A DNA stretch of 64,000 nucleotides. Source: Microbotryum violaceum (lineage: Eukaryota). The translations under genes and the position numbers were made by a program. How positions within the stretch are numbered: position 1 is the stretch's first letter; each line of letters opens with the position of its first letter. The notes under the pieces were generated by a model. It did not search any database. It was not told the DNA's origin and was given only the letters and a program-made list of their open reading frames with translations. The stretch is taken from the NCBI GenBank assembly GCA_001244265.2, contig CDLV01000005.1, forward strand, positions 62,001 through 126,000, written 5' to 3'. Positions 38,901-52,128 of the stretch are shown piece by piece.

Positions 38901-40384
38901 TCACGACAAATCGCACACGACGACGGTCTCCGAAAAGATGCCGGTCGAAATAAGCTTATTCTTCCAAGGCACGGCGCTCGTAGGCCACATGACGTTTGAT
39001 CCGTCATCCGCGAACGCCAATTCGACCTTGTACTTGTTCCCCAAGTGCCTGCTTTCGTCCGTATTGTTCGAGATCCTCCACGCTTCCGTAGGAGCAAGGT
39101 GCTTGTTCCTGCCGGCCGTAGCGGCGGCTTTGACCCAGTGCAAAGGATGCGGGAACGTATTGACGTAGACGGAGCCGTCGTCGGCGACGTGGAGGTTATC
39201 CATGATACGACCGACGGGGATGCGATCAGTCGGAATCAAAGTGTGATCACCGGATTGGATCTCGTACACGGTTAAGACCGGTTCGCCCGAACTCGCTTGC
39301 CACAACTTGTTCTGTGCGCCCATCGCGATCCCATTGGGGTTGTACACGCCTTCAGCAGCGACGATGCACTTGGTCTCACCTGAAGCAAAGTCGCAGTGGA
39401 TGATATCGGAGCGCACGTGGTAGAAGATGCCGAAGGCTCGGCCCCAGTGGACCTTGTGACGATGGTCATTGGTAACGTAGAAGGACGTCTCGCTGGTCGC
39501 GACAATGTTGTTGGGCGTACGGATCAAAGGATGTCGGATCGTCTTGAGCCACTTTAATTGGTTCGAACCTGTTCTCGTCTCGAAGACCTCGATGACACTG
39601 TCCGCTCCGAGCTTGGGTGCCAAATCTCGACCTTCGGCGGGAGGACGGTGCGAGTTGAGGAACAAGGTCAGGTGCTTGCGATCACTCGCGCGGTGGAAAC
39701 CTTCGATGGCATGGGTGTTGAAGTCTTTGGTCACTTCGGTCGGAGCGACGATCTCGAGGCGACGGTGCTTGAGCGTGTTGAGATCCATCACGGCGACGTA
39801 ATCGACCGAGTGTTCGGGTAGCTTGCTCGCATTGAGATGGAGGATCGCGGGGAGCCAATGCTGACGAGATTCTTGACTGGAGCCGCATCTGAAAACCAGG
39901 AGTAGGATGGAGAAGCAGTGTCAATGTTTCCGAGTCAATGTACGGGACGGTAGAGAAACTCCGCCTCGTCTCGCGCTCCGCCCCTTTTTGTTTAGCAGGG
40001 GAGGAGAGGCTCCACAGTTTGAATGTGGGGAAGAGGCGGCTTCTAGCGTGGGCAACTCGCACTCGCAGTAGACATACAGGTAGGCCTCGTCGGCGTCATA
40101 GTCGATCCAGGCATCTTCGACAGCCGGAAGATCTGTTCAATCCACAACAGAGCGGTCAATTCATGCATCCTCAACTCCGCAGCAACGCCTACACAGAAGG
40201 GCTCCGTAAAAGCCGGAGCTCTGCGGGGTGGGGATGGTGACGCACCTGGCACGCGTTGGCACTTGGTGTTGTGCAATTGGTTGACGGGCCTCGTCAAGCC
40301 GATCACCTGAACGATGGGCCAGATGAAGCTGCTGATGAGGAGCAGTCCGGGGAGTATGACGAAGAGCACGGCTCGCGTCTTCAT
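38901..40384 (-). CDS. Paraoxonase/arylesterase-like beta-propeller with N-terminal signal anchor, spliced
   Basis: MKTRAVLFVILPGLLLISSFIW; FNTHAIE, LFLNSH, IRTPNNIVATSETSFYVTNDH, NPNGIA, IMDNL motifs. Confidence 0.82.
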
Positions 40385-40630
40385 GGTGGATGGCAGGGTG
40401 GGGCAGCGCCTGAGGGAGTGTGGAGCTGGGTATGGGAAGGAGGAGGCAGAAGGCAGGCGCGCGGGCAAAGTCATGAGGTTTCCGGGTGTGCAGCGAGGTC
40501 ACGGCAGCCACTGAATGATAGGATCACTCTGTTCGTATGCATTACGACAGCAACAAACCTCCCGCTAGATCAAGGTGGACTGTGACATTGCGTACACTGG
40601 GAGTGAAGGAAGAGCGCAAGTGAGACAGTC

Positions 40631-43600
40631 TTACCGACGCTTGACCGCCGAAGCGCGATCCGACCCAAGGAGCAACTGGTCGAACAAGCCGACGCAACTC
40701 TGCTCCGTCTTCATCTGCAGCATGTACACGATGCCCGTCTTCTCCCCCTGGTTGCTCAACTCGATCGCGACACCCGTCTTGCCAACGCGCTCCACCCCAT
40801 CGGTCAAAACGATCGTCGAGATGATGGTCTTGTTCTTGTCCGAATCGACGACGAGTTGCTTCGTGAACGAAGGTTTGGAGAGGAACAGCTTGAGCTTGGC
40901 CGTGCCGAGCGACTTCCATTGTTCGTGTCCGTGCTGCAGGAAAACCTTGCACCTCATCTGCGCGATCACGGACGCTTGTTCTTTCCGAGCCCGTTCGATC
41001 GCCGCATTCGCGTCGGCTTCATCGTCGTCGACGTCGGGGTCAAAATCCATCGAGTTGCGTTCCTGGCGTCGGACATCAAAGCCGTTGTGGGAACTTCCAG
41101 GCGCAGAGCTAGCGGCATACGCAGACCGTCGATACTCGCGAGGATCACGCAGACCGTCGGCCGACCTCGAGCGATGAACGGCATGAGAAGGTGGGCCGAG
41201 CATCCCTCCGTGGCTATAGTTGTCGGCGCTGCGGTAACTGTCCTGGCTTCGGCCCATATTGAAGCGTGGGTCGCCACCGACGCTGCCGTTCGCAGACGAC
41301 CTGGCACTCGAGGGCACGGGCGGGATCTCACGATGGTTCGAAGAGTAGTGCGTCCCCGACGACGCTGACGATCCATTCGATCGAGATGACGTCGACTTGA
41401 CCAGCCGATCTGGAATGCCGTTAGGTGGTAGCGGCGGCAAATTCGATCGCCGGCTTACTGGCCCGTACTCGTTTGCGTATCCACCTTGCGAAGAGCCGCT
41501 GTAGGGTGACTGGCGTCCCGAGTAAGCCGAAGAAGGACCGGACTGGTTAGGGGAAGGCCCATGGCTTCCGTTCGAAGACTGGAATGCTGCCGATTGTGGA
41601 GAGGGAGAGACGGAACGACCGATCGAGTTGGTCGAAGCCGCCGAGCCGGGCAGGCCATAGTGTCTCGGCGATGAAGAAGAGGGTTGTGCGTACTGCGGGC
41701 TGGGGTACCCATTCGGCGGGGGCCTCGACGCAGGAAAGCTGGGATGTGGCCCTGCCGAGAACGCGCGGCGATCCTGTTGATACCCTGGCAAAGTCTGCTG
41801 GCGCGAGGTGTCGATTGTCAGCTTGTTCATAGCCGGTAATCGTCTGTCCATCGGCGGGGATGAAGAGGGAGGCACGAAGGACGGCACAGCGCTCGGAGAT
41901 GTGGTATAGCCAGCATTGATAGGGGACGGCCCACGAGGTTGTGCCGAATGCTCGTGCTGGTTGCTCGCCGGGGACCGCACGGGAAGCGGGTGCACCTCGT
42001 TCCACGACCTCGCTGGTAGACCTCCGGGCATATGACCAAGATTGAGAGGGCTGTAGGGTTCTGTCGGGGAGAGCACGGGCGGCACGGAGCTAGACGTAGC
42101 TGCCGTCGGTCTCGCCGATGCGACAGAGTTTGATCGAGCCGCAGAGGAAGGTTGGGTCGCACCGAACGCAATCGCATCTTCGAACGACTCTTTCCACTCT
42201 TCGAGAGTGCGCCCATCGCTGAAACGGATGATCAACGTCTCTTTCTTCATGACCGTGACCTCGAGAGTGTGTTCCGCACTTTGTGACCGAGCAACCCGAA
42301 GATGCTTGCCCGCCAACGGAGGGTAGACGACCCAGAAGTCGGAGTCGTCTCCATCGCCATCCGTGTTGGCTATCCTTTCCTGCGGTGTCATGCGTTGACA
42401 GACGAGGAACAGATCCGTGAGGAGGAACAGGTGGGCACGATCGATAACGACCTTGTTACCCCTCGGATCCGACCGTGGGTATAGTGAAAGGGTGACATCA
42501 CCCGCCCTCCGAAGAGAGCGCGTAAAAGGTAGGAAAGGGGGAGCCATTTGTAGTTTGCATTTCTGGTGAGGAGGCAAAGATGAATACGTCAGTGTCGGCG
42601 CCTTCTACCGGTGGATTTAGAACCGACGCGGCAAATTGACCTTGGGAAGCATCGTGAATATATCCAAAGCCCTCGATGTGTTCAATCTCCGTTCGAGATC
42701 CTGTATCCGCGGCGAGGCCGGGCCTTCGGAGACCGTCGTCGCGGGCGTATGTGTCTTGTTCGAGCCATCCGTGACAGACGATTGTACCGTCGCAGACGAC
42801 GATCGGGCGCTGATGAAGAAGATTGGGTCAGCTTCCACTTCCCCAGCATGATACCGTACCTCTGTAAGATAGGAGCCACTCACCTCGAATCAAAGCTCGT
42901 GTTGACAGTCCCACTCTCCCCGCTGCTGCGGAGCCCATTCGGCGCAGCTGCTGTGTTCTCCGCGCTCGTGCTCGTACCGGCCGTCATATCAGCCGGCGGT
43001 GTCATCCGTCTGACCCGTCTGCGTGCCTCCTCTGTCGGTTCGACCCCACCGTGCAGCACGACCACGCTCGTTTTCCTGGCCTTCTCATAGCTTTCCAACA
43101 GCGCGTCCAAGCGGGCGTTCGCGTCTACGAGAAGTCCACCCACAACTGCGGACTGCAACAGCTTCGCATAGAGTTTTTTGTAGTATTTGAGGCGGATGTG
43201 AGGCAAAGAGAAGAGCGCGTCGAGCGTGAGGTGTGTCGCGTCGCTCAGCTCGTCGTCATCGTCGAGCGTGTCGGGCCAGGGCAGTTGCTGTAGCAGCGGC
43301 CCGAGTTTGGGATTCCCTTGCACGGGAGGGAACAGGTCGAAATCGGTCGCGTATGCTCTGCTGTAGTCGGTGTAGGACGGTGCAAGGTCGTCGACCCATC
43401 GCATCAAGAGGTCACCGAGCGCTCTCGGCGAGGAAGGGTTCGGCCCGATGTCGACCAGTCGCTGTCAGCCCGAACGGTGTGGAAGGAGAGGTCAGCGGGC
43501 CAGCGGGACGATGATCGGAGTAGGTCGATGGACAGAAGCAACTCACGGTCAGAAACAACTCGTTTGTTTTGTAGATGGCATGCATGGACCGAAAGACGGT

Positions 43601-44300
43601 CACCAGGGCCGGCGGCGGAAAGTTCGTGGGCGACCACGCAGCCGCCACGCGCTGCGATTGGGATCCGGTAGGTCCGATCGTGTCAGCATATAAAGCAACG
43701 CGCGAGGCTCGCATCCTTTCAAGCATGCGACTGTACCTTTATCACCATGCCCAAATCATCGACGTAGGTCTGCTCCGTATAGATGAGATCCTCGAGCGGA
43801 TTGGCGCGCTTGGTCGACGTTGTCGTCGGGAAAGGCGCTGTGGTGGGCGAAGACGCTGTAGCAATACCGGCTATCGGAGCTGGTGTCGCCGGTAGCCTCA
43901 GGGGTGCCACAGCAGGAGGAGCCATCGGCGCTAACGGGGAGGCCGTTCTCTGACCCAGAGGAGCTGAGCCACCGGCTTGAGCATCATTGAGGCTAGGAGG
44001 TTGCTGCTGGTGCGGAACGGAGCCCGAGGGCACCGCCGGAAGCAGGGATGAGCGTCGGGGTCGTCTAGGAATGAAGGCGCCATCCTTCGAGGTCGATGTG
44101 CTCGCCATGGACGTTTCGGGGGCGCAACTGGTCGGTGAAGATGGCATAGGTGACGATGTTGATGGTCCTGCGTTGCTGTACGCGGCGGGCTGGTTGGGCC
44201 ACGCCGACCTCATCCTCAGCGACGACGAGAGCGAGGTCGAAGGTGGCGGCTCGTGCGACGGCGGCGGAGGTGGAGGGAGGGGAAGAGCAGACATGTCCAT
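40631..44300 (-). CDS. Dbl-homology (RhoGEF-like) plus PH-domain protein with a C-terminal PH-like domain, spliced
   Basis: NPLEDLIYTEQTYVDDL, LPHIRLKYYKKLY, HLFLLTDLFLVCQ..WVVYPPLAGKHL, C-terminal AQMRCKVFLQHGHEQWKSLG. Confidence 0.7.
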
Positions 44301-45379
44301 CCCAACCGACAAAGAGGTGAGGACCTGGGAAGGACGCCCTGGCAACCGCAGATGCGACGGCTACAGGGCTTGGGTTTGGGCGTGAGGCTTGAGCTGGCTG
44401 GCGAAGACGCGTGATATGCGCTCGGTGCTGTTGTCCGGCCAAAGCGCGCGCTCCGCGAGATCGACAAGCGCAGGCGAAGAGGAAACTGTGGCCGAGCGTC
44501 ACCAGACAAAGCACAGTTTTTAATCGGTGGCTCAGTTGAAGGAGGTCGAGGTTCACAAGAGAAGGATATACGCGGTACGAGATCGATGCATGTACAGGCG
44601 GACCGGGAGGCAGCGTCGATGAATGGCTTGGTCGGTCGTCGATGAGTTGAAGCCAGCAACAGCAGCGCGTCGAGGAGAGCGAGGCCGAAGTCGGTAGTCG
44701 CGAGTCGAGCCGCGAGCGGTCGGTCGCCGTCGGAGAGCGCGAGTCTGAAACGCTTGACGTGCAACTTGGTGGAGAATTTTTTTGGGAGAAAACACACGCA
44801 CACGAAGACAAACACGACAAGTGTATGCGATACGTCTCGAAAGGGCAGGGTCGAGTACACAGTACGAACGAATACCAGCTCTTGGGCGGTTGCCCAAGTT
44901 TGCCTGCGCTCGATCGTGGAACAAGTCACGACGATCTGTGCCAATCAGCGCTATCCGGCGTCAGCCACAGCCACGGCGTTCCCGGCCGCCGGGCGAGACC
45001 GAACGCGCGCATGCAGGCACAGCCCACGCAACAAGCACGGCGTGGGGTGGGTCATCGGGGCACAGCAGGGCCGGGCAATGGCCAATTTTTAGACCGCATT
45101 CTCTTCTTTGAAGTTGGGACTCGTCAACCCGCTACAGCCGCGCCTTTAATGTCGCTCTGGCCAAACTGACTGGGTGACAGGTAGTTCTACAACATCAGAA
45201 AGATTGCAAACGGCATATGCCAATTTTGACATGCTCGCACGAGAAATTGTCTTCCCGATGGGTTCTGCCTTCGACCGATCACTCGATCTCCGGCCGGGGC
45301 CAGTCGAGCTTGCGAAGGCTCGCCCCTGTCCTGTCCGACTGCCTCGCTAAGCCTACTCCAAGGCTGCAAACACACGTGC

Positions 45380-46942
45380 CTACTTCCACTCGCATCTGAT
45401 CCTTTTGGCATTGAGTACCCTCCATCGGCTGAGCACCTCGTCCCCATCGGCGTACGCGCCTTTCAACCATCGCCCCCTCTCTTGCTCATCAATCGTCTCC
45501 AACACCTGCTTGTCGCTCTCAAACTCAAACGCTGTCCGCGCGTGCAGCACCCTCCGGTTGTCGAACAGCGCGCAATCACCCGGCTGAAGTTGCGTGTCAT
45601 AGCGAAAAGCCGGGTCGTCGCATTGCTGTGCAAAGAGCTGCAACGCTCGGTGGAGTTTGGCCAACCGATCGGCCGCGTTGGGGTTCGAAGGCAGTGGGAG
45701 TGGTCCCTGGAAAGGCGGCGAGTAGTTGATCGCGGTCATGATGGGGTCGAACAGTGTTGACTCTGATGCGAGCTCGATCACGGGTCGGTCGTACCGCGTG
45801 TGGTAGTCTCCGTTTTTGTACTCGAAGCGCACGAGTTCTCGTGTCAGCACATCGAATGACGAAGGATCGATCGAGCGGATCGACATGGCCACGGCGTACG
45901 AGTCGACAAAGTACGAGGAACCTCCGATGATACCGCCGTTCAGAAGAGATTGTAGGAACTGCCATCGAGGTGGGTGTGCAAAGTGACTGTGTTCGAACAG
46001 GACAGAGAAAAAGAGTTGCACAATCAGCTTTTGCTGTGTCGGGTTACATCTCGCTGAAAGTCTGCCTCACATCAGATCCATGTGAAGTCCCAGATCCAGG
46101 TTCGTGTATGCGATATTCTTGGAGCTTTTCTCGGCCTTGACATCAAACAGATCGCCGTACCATGTCCTTCTCACGCTCGCGATCCTTGTGACCAGTAGTT
46201 TCAACTCGGTGTCCTGTCCTTCCTTTTCACTCGTCGGCACATTCTTGAGGAAGACCAAGCCATCTTTGAGCATCGCATCGACAACATCAAAGAGGGTCTG
46301 TTCCGAACGGACGAACTCGGCGTATTCGATCGTCTTCAGCCTTGACAGAAGCGCCTGTCTATCCCATGCCTTGGCTCTAGGGACGATGTCCTTCTCGCTC
46401 TGGCCTTCGAGTGCCTTGACCAGCAGGTTGAGAGGGGTAACGGAGAGCTTGGCGCTCTTGGGCTCGACACCGTGGACGGGAGCACTCCACTCCATCACGA
46501 GATGGTCCTCCCCCGTGATCTCGTGCACGCCGTACCCGATCACGTGGGCATCGAGTGGGATATCTGAGGTCCGGAAAAGCTTCTGCTGTGATGTAGGATG
46601 GACGTGCGATGGGTGTACGGAGGCGTCTCGCAGGAACAGGTTCGGCAACTCGAGCTCAACCTTGGGCGCCGTACCACGCTGCAATGATATCGTCGTCGAC
46701 TGATTCGGATTTCGCGAGGACGGTGATAGTGATGCAACCTGATACGACCTTGAAAGCGGCTTGGGGATGAAGGGCTGCGGTCGTAGGGCGGCTTCGCTCT
46801 CGGCTGTCGGTGGGGGTGGTGGAGGCGCCGAGGCGGCACTCGGCGACGACAGCACCGAGGCTGTACGCTTGGCCGACGATGAGCTATGTCTGATGCACCT
46901 TGCTATATGTGTCCACGCGGGTCCGTTGGTGCGTGCGAACAT
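45380..46942 (-). CDS. TauD/TfdA Fe(II)/2-oxoglutarate dioxygenase, gamma-butyrobetaine hydroxylase-like, probably mitochondrial
   Basis: NIAYTNLDLGLHMDL (HxD), GGSSYFVD, FDNRRVLHAR, RWLKGAY; Arg/Ser-rich presequence-like N-terminus. Confidence 0.88.
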
Positions 46943-49727
46943 GGTGCCGTGCCGCGTCGGGATGCGCGTGCGGAGGGAACCGACCGATCGGCTTGGGCCG
47001 GGAAAGCCCTTGGTCGAATTGCCGACGGCCCGATGATGGATAATCATGCATCACGGATATTGGCGCCGTCGATCGTCGGAGATGATTGATCGCCCGCTCG
47101 GAGCTCTCCGCACAAGTTAACACAATTTCAAAATATTTTTTTGGGCCCGAGGTCAGGCCACCAGTTCTTCTCGTTGAAGTCCAAATGAGTAGCTCTCACA
47201 CAACGGTTTCTTTTATACCAAAGGCCCGAATGAATATCTCAAGTATCCCAAACGCTAGTCCGGGCCAGCATCATTGCCATGTCCGGCAGCGTAGAAGGAT
47301 AATTGTTCTTCGCTCCTCGTGTTATGTATTTACAACAAGGACAAGCGGAAGGGAGGCGCTGAGCAGGCGTTTGACGGCTGGTAAGTTGTAGCAATTAACG
47401 GCCCCCTTTTCCTCGAAATTCGGAAAGTTCGGGTTAATTGCTTCGACACCTGCCGAAGTAAGGTCTCTGTAGTGGGTACAGCGGGACTCTTTTTGACGAC
47501 ACCCCCTGTGAACGTTCAGCTGAGATTGCGAAACTGCGGTGGCAGTAGGAGCGGCTGGTGAGTCGCCGAACCAGATGCTTGAGGTACAGCGAGTGCAAGT
47601 GTGAGCCGACGAACCTACCCTAAATAGATGTCCTAGAGGAAACCTTCCTGTTTTGAAGTTCATATCCGAAAGCGAGAACGCTCTGGTTTGTTTGTTCGAA
47701 ATGGAAGTCCAAGTGAGAACGTGATGCGATGTACCGAGATTTACTTTCTTGGGCAGGCTGAGGTTAACTTAGCTTGTCATTGGCAAAGGATTGCATGATC
47801 ATGTGACCTTGTCTACCTCAGAAGCTCTCATGCCAACGTCAAAAGTGGTCCAGAGTACTTTAAGAACGTCTCTCGTAGGAGCTCGTATACCGAATAGTAG
47901 CCAAACAGTCCGGCCTATCTCATTCATGAATTCTACTGGTTTACTACCCCGTATGAGATTGTAAAAAATCGCCGCCTCTCCGATCTGGCAGCTAGAATCC
48001 GGTATGAGATGTCATAAATTTTCCGAACACGCTCATGAAAATCTCGAGCCGGACGGCGGAGATACTGAACGACGGGTGTTCTGACTCAGGAGTCAGGGTG
48101 CATCGCCCCTGATCGACCTGAACCACGCGCGAGCCCCCGAGGACCCCGCGCCACTCGTCATGGCATCATTTCTGCACTGGCGACTCGATTTGGTCGGTTC
48201 GAAAGTGAGGGCATTGAAAGGATGGCGGGCAAATAAACAGCAAATGTTCCTTAACAAGCATCAAATGTGAAAATGGTCGTACACCGCAAAAGGTAATGCC
48301 TATACAACCTCGGAGCGTCGCGTTGACGTTGAGGACGATGCGAGTGATCGATCAGCACAGCCTCTCATGATCAGATCTATGGTAAACAAACTATGCGCAA
48401 ATTCCCCTCGGAAGCAAGTAGAGGTACACCGGAAGGAAGGGATGAGTAAGAGGACCAGCACCTGTGTCGACCGATGACCGAGAGTACGACCGAAACCGTT
48501 GAACGTCTCCGAGCCGGATGAACACACGCCTCTCCCTCGGCGCGACCCTCGGGAAATCTGTCGCGTCGGACAGATTGAGGAATGCGAATTTGTCACGCTC
48601 GGTCTCAGCTTAGTCAAAGGTGTGAAGAGGTCCACCGACATCACCTCGACTTTCGTTGTAAGTGGTACTCGTGTGGTTTAGCCGTGGTGCAATGATATTA
48701 GATATACAGGTAGGTAGTCTAGTAACGGTGGGCAGGACCCTGACGCCGCTGGGAAAAATGGATGATCATCGGCGGCCCGTCAGGAACGCCGAGCCAGAAG
48801 AACGGCTTTTTTGTTTGTGCGCGGGATCTTGTAGCGGAACTAATCGAGCTCATCCTCGAATGAAAAGGCTTGCTTGAAGTTCCAAATCTAGATTGACCCC
48901 GAGATGAGATCGCGCCGAGCCGAATCATCGTCACAATGGCTGGGCAACGCGCGCTTGGGTCGCTTCAGGCGCCCGCGGCGACGCGTTGCGACACCCAGCT
49001 TCACGTCGCGCCGCGTCAACGCGCTCGGGCGCCGCTCGGGCTCACTTCAATCAATGAACTTGTACGCGGCAGTGACGCGGCGGCGGCACCAGGCGGCACC
49101 GATGGAGCGGTTACGGTGCCGAGCATCCACAACGTTTTTACCTCCCTCCCTTTCCTCCGTCCTCGTCTGTCTCTACTTCATCCGTCAACCTCCCTCCTGG
49201 ACATCCGCTTTCTGTCCAGCAACCGATTCCTCCTGTCTCAGGTGAGCTTTTCTTCTTCCGGCTCTCGATGTGATCTGCCACCTGCGAGAGGAGAGGGTGA
49301 TCGACACTCGACCGCGCGAGTGCACGCGCCTCGCGCTGCCTCCTTTCAGACTTTGTAAAGTCGAGCTGTGCCCCAATCGCTGACCCGCTGATCCTTGTGC
49401 TTCCATCGTTTTCCCCGCCGCATCTGTACTCTTCTTCCTTCCTCCTGTGCTGCTACTGCTCTCTCCCTCTGTGACCGCAAACCTCCCTTTTGCTCGTTCG
49501 TGCGTGCCGTCCCCAGTCGTTCCGCGCGCTCTCGGTCGCTCGGCTCGCCCTCGCTCGCTCGCGCCTCCTCCAACCGTCCAACTCGCGCTTGGGCTTTGTT
49601 CAACTTTTGGCTGCCGGCTCAGTCACTCGGGAAGAACCAGTACACCATTCACGGCGCCCTCTCATAGACCAATCTACTTTTTGGTCCCTCTCCTCTGCCC
49701 TCTTCCCGCTCCTGCCCATCATACAAT

Positions 49728-51462
49728 AGTGAGTTTTCTCCCGGTGTGGCTGTCTGTGCTTGCCGCTCAAAGGGAGCGCGATTTCTGTCGTCTCCCTCGA
49801 CGGTGGCCGTGCTCTTCACTGGCCCAGCGCGCGCGCGCCGACGCCTCCCTCCGCCCCGCTACCAATTTTTTTGCTTTTGTGTCTGAACGCTCGCGCCTGA
49901 CCACTCTCGGTACCTCGTCAATCTTTATGTTATAACAGTGCTTTCCTCAATATTATCTCTTCCTTTGGCGTTGATCGCTATCACATGGGCTTCTGTCGCT
50001 TCGGCTTCAACTCACGGTCGTGGGCTGTCGTCTGACGCGGCCGCACGCCACCAACGACTCGCGCGCGCCCAACAAGCAGGTTCGGGGCCTCACTGGTCCC
50101 TGAACCAACTTCCCGGCGAGCCGCGGCATCGCTTCGTCCGAGCCCGACGGGGTGACAAGGCGCAAAGTCATGCGAGTGGCGTAACGACCTCGGAGCCAAT
50201 CAATCTGTCCGACGGGTCGCTCACCGTCGCTCAGGGTTGCACCAAGTTTTACAACGTCAAGCCCAACGACTCGTGCTACTCCGCAATTGCAGCGTCGAAC
50301 TCGAAACTCTCCCTCGAAGACTTTTACGCCCTGAATCCTCAGGTCGATCACAAGTGCTCTGATCTGTGGACAGGGTTCGACTACTGCGTCCAGAAAGGTC
50401 AGTCTGCCGTCCCCTATCTTCCCCTTGCCAACCGGAGAAGGGAAGCTGACCTCATTGGCTTCCCCACACCCCGAAGCAGCCTCTGGCAAGTCCAAAGTTA
50501 AGGTCCACGTCGCTTCGGCAAAGAAGGCCGCGACCGAGACCAAGAAGCCAGTCCAGACCAAGAAGCAAGTTGAAATCAAGAGGCCAGTCGAGACCAAGAA
50601 GCCCGTCGAGACCAAGAAGCCCGTCGAGACCAAGAAGCCCGTCGAAAAGCCCAGCTCCTCGACCGACGACGACGAAGATGATGATGAGGAGTGCGATGCT
50701 GACGACGATGATGACGATGATGACAGCACCCCGAACCCGACCACGAAAGAGCCGGCCAAGACGACGTCCCTCGCTGAGAGCAGCGGGACCTCGCACCCCA
50801 AAAACACCGGCGGCGTTGTCAAAGCCTTCGTCTCGGGTGGCACCAACCACAAAAGTGACAGTAGCCACGACGACTCTTCCACGAGCACTGCGCCGCCAGC
50901 CACTACCCAGCAACCGAAATCGTCCGCGCCCTCTCCGACGGGGTCATCGTCGTCGGGGAGCTCGTCTGGAGTCTCGTACCCGCCGCCGAGTGCTGTAGAG
51001 GGGATCATGCGCGGGCGAGGCATCACTGCTTTCTTGGGAACCAATGCAGGAGGGATTATCTCTTGGTTCCGGACCAACAGTGCTCAAGATTCGACCAACG
51101 GCCATTCGTGGTGCTACAACTCGTATAACGCGTACAACGACGATATAATGGGTTTCGCCATCGATGTCAAGACCATGCTCGCCAACTTTGACTATTCCAA
51201 CGTCAAGGCCGGTCAGGCGTATTGCGGCGCGCTCGCCAACTTCACCAACATCAACGGCGACGTCTACCAGCTCGCTATGATCGACGGCTTTGATTCCAAG
51301 TGGACCCAGGGCAAAACCAACGCCGCCGACCTGACCGTGGCCGCCTGGACCAAACTTGCTGGCTTCTTTCGCAACGACAAGAACGACGTCCTTCGTGGCA
51401 ACTGGCAATGGACGGGCACATTCGACTCCAAGTACGCTTTCAATGGTGGAAACCCCGTGTAG
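49728..51462 (+). CDS. Secreted LysM (CBM50) plus DPBB-like domain protein; start codon apparently split by an intron
   Basis: A(49728)|intron 49729-49938|TG gives MLSSILSLPLALIAITWASVASA; LysM CTKFYNVKPNDSC..FYALNPQVDHKCSDLWTGFDYCV; ETKKPV repeats and acidic linker; C-terminus GITAFLGTN..ISWFRTNSAQDSTNGHSWC. Confidence 0.82.
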
Positions 51463-52128
51463 TCGCACTCGGTTCCTTTTTCGACTCCTCCCCCAAAACA
51501 CTCCCCGCGCGAGTGCCTTAGGCTCGTCTTCCGCCCCCTCCTCTTCTGCTCGTCGCTATCAATCCTCGCATACGGTGTCGTTACGTTGAACGTACGACGC
51601 GGCTTTTCTTGTACTACCGGGACCCACAACCTCGCTTGACGTCGAGCGTTCTCTTCCCCCGGCTTGTTTCTTGCTTTTTCTTCATATGTCCACTTCCATT
51701 TGTTGATCTTAAGGGGTGACAGGCGGGTCTCTTTTTTCTTGGTTGCTTGCTGGTTGCTTTCTTCTTTACCTGCCCATATATTTCTACGCATTTCCCGTCC
51801 GTTCTCTGCTCCTCTCGCTTACCCCCCATCATCTTTTGCACGCGATTCGCTTCCTTTTCTGCAACACCTCTTGGCAATTTTTTTAGACGAACATTTGCAA
51901 AGACGCTACTTAACGCTTTCTCGGCCATGTTCATGTTCTCATGAAAAAAGGAAGAGCAAACCGTTGGCCAAATTCGATGGGATCGAACGACGACGTACCT
52001 TCCTTCTATAGCATGTACAGTACAGTCCTTCTCCATACAATACGATTGCGCACGAAAACACAAAAAAGAACAAACTCAAACACGGACAGAGAAGAGAAAC
52101 CTCTTCCAACCCAAGGCCCAAGCCCCAC

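Noticed and set aside
47322-47663. Possible degenerate LysM-like ORF (..VEAINPNF..NCYNL)
   Set aside because: The resemblance is too weak, with no clear signal peptide or consistent cysteine spacing.
47930-48067. Possible Tc1/mariner end (CAGTATCTCCG on the minus strand, repeated GTATGAGAT)
   Set aside because: No partner TIR, TA target duplication or transposase was found.
50590-50650. 18-bp tandem repeats considered as a CRISPR-like array
   Set aside because: They are coding ETKKPV linker repeats with no spacers, in a eukaryotic context.
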